Source of the DNA: Bacteroidales bacterium
GTDB lineage: Bacteria > Bacteroidota > Bacteroidia > Bacteroidales > WCHB1-69
Reading direction: 5' to 3'
DNA length: 64,000 nt
NCBI GenBank assembly: GCA_024400875.1
Contig: JAKSMB010000003.1
Location: forward strand, 83,381 to 147,380
Shown here: piece after piece, positions 16,533-25,500 of the stretch
Numbering within the stretch: position 1 is the stretch's first letter
How the letters are laid out: each line of letters begins with the position of its first letter
Program-made: the position numbers and the translations under genes
The notes under the pieces: model-generated
Told to the model about the DNA's origin: nothing
Seen by the model: only the letters and a program-made list of their open reading frames with translations
Database searches by the model: none

Positions 16533-19500
16533 ATGAAAAAACTATTATCAATTTGCTTGCTCAGCATGTTGATGCTCTTTGCGGCGTTTAGCGCGTCTGC
16601 ACAGGCAACAACAAAATGCTGCTTCTGGCTGGAAAACATGCAGCCAGATCAGGTGACTGATGTGGCCAACATCCCTGGTGGAGGCCCTGCTGCAACCGTT
16701 GGCAATGGTGGCTCCATGTACTTGAATAACTCCCTTAACTGGGTTGGTGGTCCAAGTACGTATGGCGTGAATACTGCTGCCTACGGTATTGTATCAAGTA
16801 CTGCTTATCCTTTCAGTGCTACTGAGGGACAGACAGACTGGTACAGAATCCATTTTACTAACAATTGCAACCTTCCTGAAGGAACACAAGTTGCTTTGGA
16901 ATGGAAATTGTACCGTGATGGTCAACGTATTCCTGATGATCAAATCAGCCAATATGCTGACATCTATTTCTACACTAAGTTTGACGAGTTGTCAAATACA
17001 AACAATGTGAACTCTACTTGCGGTCATATTGGTTGGTTAGGTGGTAGAGTGTATGGTCCTGGCGTATGTCAAGATCTTCACAATGATTGTGTAGGTGGTT
17101 ATCCTGGCGCCGCTGAAGTTGATGGTTCAGAACAACTCCCTTATGCTGCATTCGGTTGGAGCGCTCAAGGTTATGTTAACTTGGCTGCTTCTTATCATTA
17201 TGATTACTTCAATTTGCCTTTCTTCTCAACAACAGAACATAGAATGGCTATCCACTGGAAACAAATTGGTAACTATTCTGTAGTAGTTGGTCTTCGTGCT
17301 CGTACCGGTGGTACAGATTTCGACATCGCTCAAGTTGGTAACATTGGTGGTCACCAAAGTTGCTGTGGAGATCTCCTCGCTCAAGACTCATTGCATTATC
17401 CAGTACTCACTGAACACTATCATGGTGTTTGTGAAAATGCTCCTCATACTCTCTATGGTCAACCTGAAGCTGACTTCTCAGTTGAAGGCGACTATCGCGT
17501 AGTATTCGGTTATGATGACTGCGGTCATTTCGTATTGAACAATCTTGATTACTATCACTATCGTGTACGTATCAATCCTGATATCGTAGGTACTGATCTT
17601 TCTCTCTGCAAAAACGAAGCTTTCACTCAAGCTCAAATGTTGGCTCTCGCTCCTGCAGTAAATACAAATGCTCCTGGTATTACAGGTTATCAAGTTTATT
17701 GGTGCAAGGTTGGTACTACCAACTGGACAACCAACCCTACAGTTCAAAGCACTGCTGTTCCTGGCACTTACAAATGGGCTGTTAAACAAGTAAACAATTA
17801 TGACTCTGAAACTGGTGAAACTTTCGATTGCGAAGGTGACATTGATACCTTGACAATTACTATCCTCCCAGTTATCGATCCTTCTTTGGATGGAACTAAT
17901 CCTTCTTACGAATTCTGTAATGAAACTATCGATGCAAACTCTAGCTTATTAATTAAGGCTAAGTTGAACAACACTGCTGAAAACGACTGCGCTGATGAGA
18001 TTCATTGGTTTAGAGGTACAACTCACAATGGTACTCCTGCATTCGTAGGTGCTGGTTATACTCTCAACTTGCATGATTTGTATGATAACAATAATAATAA
18101 AGATGTAACATTCACTGCATGGTCATATGATGTTCACACTAATACTTATTCTGATAATGGTGTTAGCGTTAATCTTCATTTCTATGCAACACCAGAGTTG
18201 ACAGCTAACGCAACTACTGAAAGCTTCGTTAAGTGTCCTCACACTCCTGGTATTGAATTGAAGAGTAACTTTGCTGTTACCAACGGTTCAAAAGTTAACC
18301 CTGTAACTTGGGCATACTCTTGGAAGAAGAACAATGTTGCAATGACAGCTACAACAAACAATATTACTGTTGTTGCTCCTGGTTGTGACCAAACAGATAC
18401 ATACGTAGTTACTGCTACTGTTACTTCAAACCATGGTTGTGTTGCTACGATTACTCGTACTTTCACTGTAAAGGGCGAAGATCTTGCTGCTCCTTCCATC
18501 GCTTGGAGAAATGCTGCAACTGCTAATGTTACTATCCACGGTTGTGATACGACATCCGCAGAATGGACTGCTCCTTATACAATGAGCGACGTTGCTTATG
18601 CAACTGGTACTTCTGTTATCAAGGCTACGGATGGTTGTAGCAATGTTGATAGAATTTATTACTATGCTGAAATCGTTTCTTCTACTCCTTGTACAACTGT
18701 AGTAAGAAGAAATTACTATGTAAAAGATGAATGTGGTAACCAATCCAACACTATTTCTCAAACTGTTACCATCATTAACAACGCTCTTCCAGTAGTTACT
18801 CCGAGCGTTCTTGATGTAACTGTTTCTAACACTCAAGATACTGCTATCCACAATGATCCTTTCAACAACTGGTACAGATATTCTTGGAACCAAGATATCT
18901 TCACAGCTTCTGAAATCGGTGGCGCCGGCGTTATCAACTCAGTTTCTTATAACTGTGTCAATGTTGGTACTGGTGTTAACATGACGGATGTAAGAATTTA
19001 TGTTGCTGAAACTACTAACGATCTTCATACATCAAATACACAATGGATCCCAGCTGATCAATTGACTCTTGTTTATGAAGGTTCTCGTAATATCAGACAA
19101 ACTGGTGAAATCAAGTTTGATTTCAACCAACCTTATCTCTATGATGGTACAAAGAATTTGGTTGTAGTTGTTGCTAAGAAAACTGCAAATTACAATTCTG
19201 CTGTTCGTTTCGCTGCTACACACTTAGCAAAAGCAAGTTTGTATCGCGTTTCCGATTCTTATGATACATATGCAAATCATCCTGGTACAACTACAGGTAC
19301 ATATGGTGTTAATCGTGCTAATGCAAGATTTGTCATCAGCAACCCTGTTACTGTTGCTCCAGTTTGGTCTAACACAAACGATTGTACTCTGGATGCTCCT
19401 GCATACAGCGTTTTCAAAACCGCTTTCGATGCAAACTACAATGTATCCACATCTTGCAATGCTGAAGTAGAACACGTTTATTTCTACAATCATGGTACTC

Positions 19501-22500
19501 AAGTTTCTGCAGCAAACTTCCACAATTTGTTTGCTACAAACGATGATTTCTATGTAGATGCTGTTGTTGTTGACCAATGTGGTAACACTACTACTGTTCC
19601 TAGCGCTTTCGTTCTTCATCGTCCAGAAAGAATGTCTATCGATCACAATGCATACGCAGTTCCTACAGAAATCTGTTTGAACGAAACTTCTATGTTGCAT
19701 TTCGACTATACAAAGGTTAACAATGCACAACTTCCTTACACATTCAGCTGGACAGGTGATCCTAACAATGGTCACATCCTTCGTAACCACGATGCTGATG
19801 GTGCTGAGGCTATTCCTTACTTGCCAAATACTGATTATAGATATTACATCACTGTAACTGACGCTTACGGTTGTCAAGCAGTTGACTCAACAGGTCTTGT
19901 ACACGTTAACGGTCTCCCAGCTGCTTACATTACTGAAAATCCTATCAATGATGACTATGCACACGCTGGTACTATCCCTACCGTATGTCCTAACTTCGGT
20001 AACTTCTTGGTAGAAGCTGTTGCAGTTAACGGTTTAGGTGACGCTACTCCAGTTTCTTATAAGTGGACTGGTGAATCTTGCGATACCAACTCTACAAACC
20101 AATACTCTTCAATCCACGTTATTCCTACTGAATGTAACCGCGATTATACTATCCGTTTGCATGTGACTAACGTTAAGGGTTGTTCTGTAGATACTCTCTA
20201 CACAATTCACGCTGAAGATACTCAGGCTCCAGTAATCACTGGCGTAATCACTTCTGAAGTTCTCCCAGTTTCAACTGGTAGCAGCTGCGAAACTTACGTT
20301 CCTGATTATACTACTCTCTTGAACAACACTAATACATCTGATAACTGCTGGAGCTTTGGTACCCTCCAAATTACTCAATCACCTGTTCCAGGTACAGTAG
20401 TTGATGCAGACTCTATGGTTGTTTCCCTTTATGTAAAAGACGTTTGTGGTAATCAAGCCATTCACAACATTATGGTTCGCCGTCCAGGTAACTTGCTTCA
20501 AGTTGCTCTTACTACAGATAATAACAATTTCTGCTACGGTGAAACTGCTCATATCACTTCTACTGTTGCTAACAATGTAGGTACTGTAGTTTATACTTGG
20601 ACTCCTGCATTCGGTAACGTTGCTGCTATTGATTACACCCCAGCTATTGTAAATGTTGATTCTATGATTTATCCTGTAACCGTTAATGTACTTGATCAAG
20701 CTAACGGTTGTACTGCATCTTCAACATTGAACTTGGTAGTTTACCACGTTCCTACAGCTGCTGACGTTAATATCACAACTACTCCAAACAATTACTGTGA
20801 CAATGCTTCTAACATTAGCAATGGTACTATTTCAGTTTCTGTTCTTCAAAATAACATTACTGAATACAAACTTTCTACCGACGCTACTTGGCATCCAATT
20901 GATTATGTTTACACTGGTTTACACCAAGGTACATATTATATTGATTTGAAAACTGCTCACGGTTGTGTTGAATACGGTTTCCGTACCAATGTATTGTTCG
21001 ACACATTGCCAGACACTTTCACATTGTTAACATCTGCTAACTCTTATTGTACTGCTCCTTTCGATGGTACAATTACTGTTGAAAATGGTAAAGCTAATTA
21101 TTCTTACTCACTTGAACGTACAGCTTATACTCCTCTCAGAGTTATCAACCCAACAACTGCTGGTCCTGTATTGTTCGACGAATTAGAAAATGGTCTTTAC
21201 ACAATGCACATCACAACTGACAAATTCTGTGTTTACGAAATGAGAGACATCGAAGTTGCTGACGCTCGCGTATTCCCAGTTTTGGCTGCTGCTGATTATA
21301 CTACAACTCCACGTACAATCTGTGGTAACAACAATGGTACTATCACCATTAACAATATCAATCCTGATTATACTTACACTCTTGGTGCTGTTTCATTCGA
21401 CGGTGCTACTGCATCTACAATCTCATTCGTAGGTTTGGCTGCTGGTACACAAAACTTGACCATCACAACTAACAAGGGTTGTTCTATGACCTTCGGTTTG
21501 ATCGTTGACGATGCTACTGAAGCTCCTGTTGCTCCACGTACAAACATCGTAGCTAACACAAATTGTACAGGAACACCTAACGGTAGCATTACTGTTATTG
21601 CTCCTATCATGGGTTACACCTATACAATCGGTACTGAAACTATCGTTTATGACGGCACAAACGCTGTTGTATTCAACAACCTTGCTGCTGGTACATATAC
21701 AATGACAGTTATTTCAGATCTGAACTGCGATAACGTATTCGTTTTTGAAGTTACAAACAACTTCACAAACCCACAAATCCCTGCATCTTCAATCAACATT
21801 ACTCATCGTACAGACTGTATCAATCCTAACGGTGCTATCACTTTGAGCGCAGTTGGTCTTGAACCTTCATTCACATACGATGTTGTAAGCGCTACTGGCG
21901 TTAATGCTAACACTGGTCTCGCTGAAGGTACTTACACCATCACTAAGACTTATGTTGCTACAGGTTGTTCTTCTACAGCTACTGCAACAGTAGAAATGGT
22001 TGCTCCTGCATACAGAATGAACATCACTGCTACTCCTGATGAGGATTGTTCTACTATCGGTACAGGTTCTCTTACTGTAACAAATAGCGATGCTGCTGAC
22101 TACACCTTCATTTTGAACCACGGTTCTGCTGATGCTGTAACTGCTGCTGCTAATACTTTCACAGGTCTTGAACCAGGTACTTATACAATTCGTGCTATCA
22201 ACAATGCTACTCATTGTTATACAGATAAGACTGTTGAAGTTGGTAATCACTATACAATGCCAGCTCTTACCGTTGTTTCTACATCTGCTAATAACAACTG
22301 TTCTGAAAATAAGGACGGTCGCGTAGTTGTTGCTACTACAAACATTACTTCTGGTATGACTTACACTCTCGGTTCTGTAACTAATACTACTGGTTTCTTC
22401 ACCAACTTGAATAGCGGTAATTATACAATCGAAGCAATCTCTGCTCTCCATTGTGCTGCTACTATCAATGTTACAGTTGCTGATAACGCTTTCATTCCAT

Positions 22501-25500
22501 GCTTAGCTGTTACAACAAATCCTAACACTGCATGTATTGAAACTCCTTCTAAACCAGGTAATGGTCAAATTATCGTAAACTGCCCACGTGGTGATCAATA
22601 TGATTACTCATTCTACTATGCAAACACTGGTTCTACAACAGATGAAGCTATTCCTCACTTCGAACCAATCGCTTACATGAAGTATACATTGCATGATGGT
22701 GACTATCGTGTACACATCACTGACCAAATCACTGGTTGTGTTAAGGATACTATCGTTCACGTTGACTTCGCTCCTGCTACTTTGAATATTACTACTTCAG
22801 CTGTTGCTAACACTGCTTGTGCTGCTCCATATAATGGCACACTTACAGTTAACGCTGCTTACGGTGTTTATTCATTAGACGCTGACGCTGTATTCACATA
22901 CAGTATTGATAATGGTCTTCACTTCACATTAGACAACGTATTTACTGGTTTGAATGCTGGCAACTATGATGTTATCGTTAAAGATACTGTAACAGGTTGT
23001 ACATACAATCTCGCTGCTGCTAATGTTCCTGCAGGTTCTAATGATATTACTATTATCCAACCTCGCGACACTGTATTCTGTTTGCATTCTGAAGCTATCT
23101 TGACAGCTGCTGCTATCAGTACAATCCCTGGTGATACTAATTTCATCTACACTTGGAATAGCATTTGCCAAGGTCAATATGTTGGCAACCCATATCGTTG
23201 GAACACTAACAACCCTGATACTTGTGATGTTTATTTGACCGCTACCAGCACATTGACTGGCTGTTCAGAATCTATCATCTTCAAGGTAATGGTTAAGGCT
23301 GATCCTACCGTTAAGTTCTTCGCTGATGGTATTGAAACTGGTCATGAATTCGCTGCTTGTGGTAACACATTCCCTCACACTATTTCTGCTACTGGTGCTG
23401 ATGTAGTATCTCACAGCTGGTCAAATGGTGTTACAGAAGCTTCCTTCGTACTTGATACCATGGCTGAAGGTTATACCTGTATGTTCGTTGACAACTTCGT
23501 TGACAAATACGGTTGTGCTTCTTCTGACTCTATCCGCGTAAGATCATTGCCACGTCCTCGTACAACTGTTGAATTGAACATCTGTGCTTCTATTCCTGTT
23601 GATACACTTGGTACAACTTTGACTTACATCGCTGGTGATGACGCTAACAACAATCAAACTATCGTAAGAACATACGCTAATGCTGCTGTTAACGGTTGCG
23701 ATAGCATCGTTACTTACAATGTACATTTGATGGCTAAACCAGAAGTTACTATCAACGCTGACTTCACTACTGAATACTGTGCCGGTAATGCTTTGGCTCC
23801 AGCTCCAGTGATGAACATTAACTGGAACAACAATACTGGTTCTTATCGTTGGATGAATGGTACTACACTCGTAAGCAATGCTTCTATTAACGCTCTTCCA
23901 TTCTCATTGGATGGCGCTGATCTCTATGTTATTGCTCAAAACGCTTGTGGTACTACTGAAAGCGCTCACAATACAATTAAGGTTAACGACAAACCTGCTG
24001 TTGCTGATCTCGCTTCAGCATTGACCGTTTGCGTTGGCGATTGTGTTGCTGATAAGATTGGTGCTCCTGCTCATACATGTAATCATCATAATGGTTGTAC
24101 AACTCAATGGATGATGAACGGTGTTGAAATGGCTGCAACTACTCTTGCTACCAACGACATGAATGGTGCACAAATCACCTACGTTGTAACAAATGATTGT
24201 GGTTCTACAACAGTTGGTCCTTTGACCCTCACTGTTAAGGATTCTGCAATGTTGGCATTCACAACTCCTGCTGTTGATACACTTTGCGCTGGCAATACTC
24301 TTACAATCAATGTAACGACTAAGGCTACCAACGTATTCACAGCTACTGCTGACAATGATAACTTCACTATCAACACTACAGGTTCTAATGGCAACTATGT
24401 TGTTAAGTTGACTCCTCGCAGCATTGCTACTGCTGGTGCAACAACATTCACCTTCACATCCGCTTCTGATTGTGGTTCTAAGGATAGAACATTCGCTATC
24501 GTTGCTGCTTACCCAGCAAATGTTGGCAATGTTGAAGCAATTGCTCCTGTATGTTACAATGATGTTCTTTCATTGACAACTCCTTCTGTACAAAATAACA
24601 ATTCTGCTATCTATGCTGAAGGTTGGGAAATCAATATGCCTGGTACTACTACTTGGACTTCATTTGATCCAGCTACACACATGACAATGGCTCACAATGG
24701 TGCATCTATCCGTTATTTCGTAACTACAAGATGTCAAACCAGCTATTCTCCTGCACGTACTGTTGTAGTGGATACTCTCCCAGTTGCTACTCTTACCAAC
24801 TCTGTAGCTGAATACTGCGCTGGTGATGTTCTCTCTGCTAGCACATTCACATACACTCAAACGAATGCTACTGCTACTCAAGGTACTGTTACCGCTGAAT
24901 TCTACTTCGATGGTGCTGCTTATACAAACGCTCCACTCGCAGTTACTGACAACGGTAAGGAAGCATATTACATGCTCACCAACAGATGTGGTTCAAACGC
25001 TTCTGAAAAGGTTGCTATCGTAGTTAACGATACCGCTATCATTTCTTACAATGCTGCTGACCTTACTGTTAAGGTTTGTTCAGGTTCTTCTATCGAAATC
25101 CCATTCACATCTAATAAGCCTGTTGTATTCACACCGAATAACTTCAATTTCGAATATGATGCAACTGCTCACAAGATCGTTTCTGGTGCTATCACAGGTG
25201 CTGCTTGCAACAACTTCTCAGTTGTAGCTACTGCTACTGATGGTAAGTGTACTGACAAAGATAAGAGCGTAACACTCAACATTACTGTTAAGACTGCTCC
25301 TTTCGTTGCTCTTACAGTTGATTCAATCTGTGAAGGTAACACATTCGCAAGTGTTAAACATGTAACAATTCAAAATCAATGTTCAGATGGTATTAGTTCT
25401 ACTATCTCATTGAGACGAGTTGATAACTCAGTAGAAGCTCCTCTTGCTGATGCATACGTATTCACAGCTGCTGATACCAATGCTATCATCACGTTGTCTG

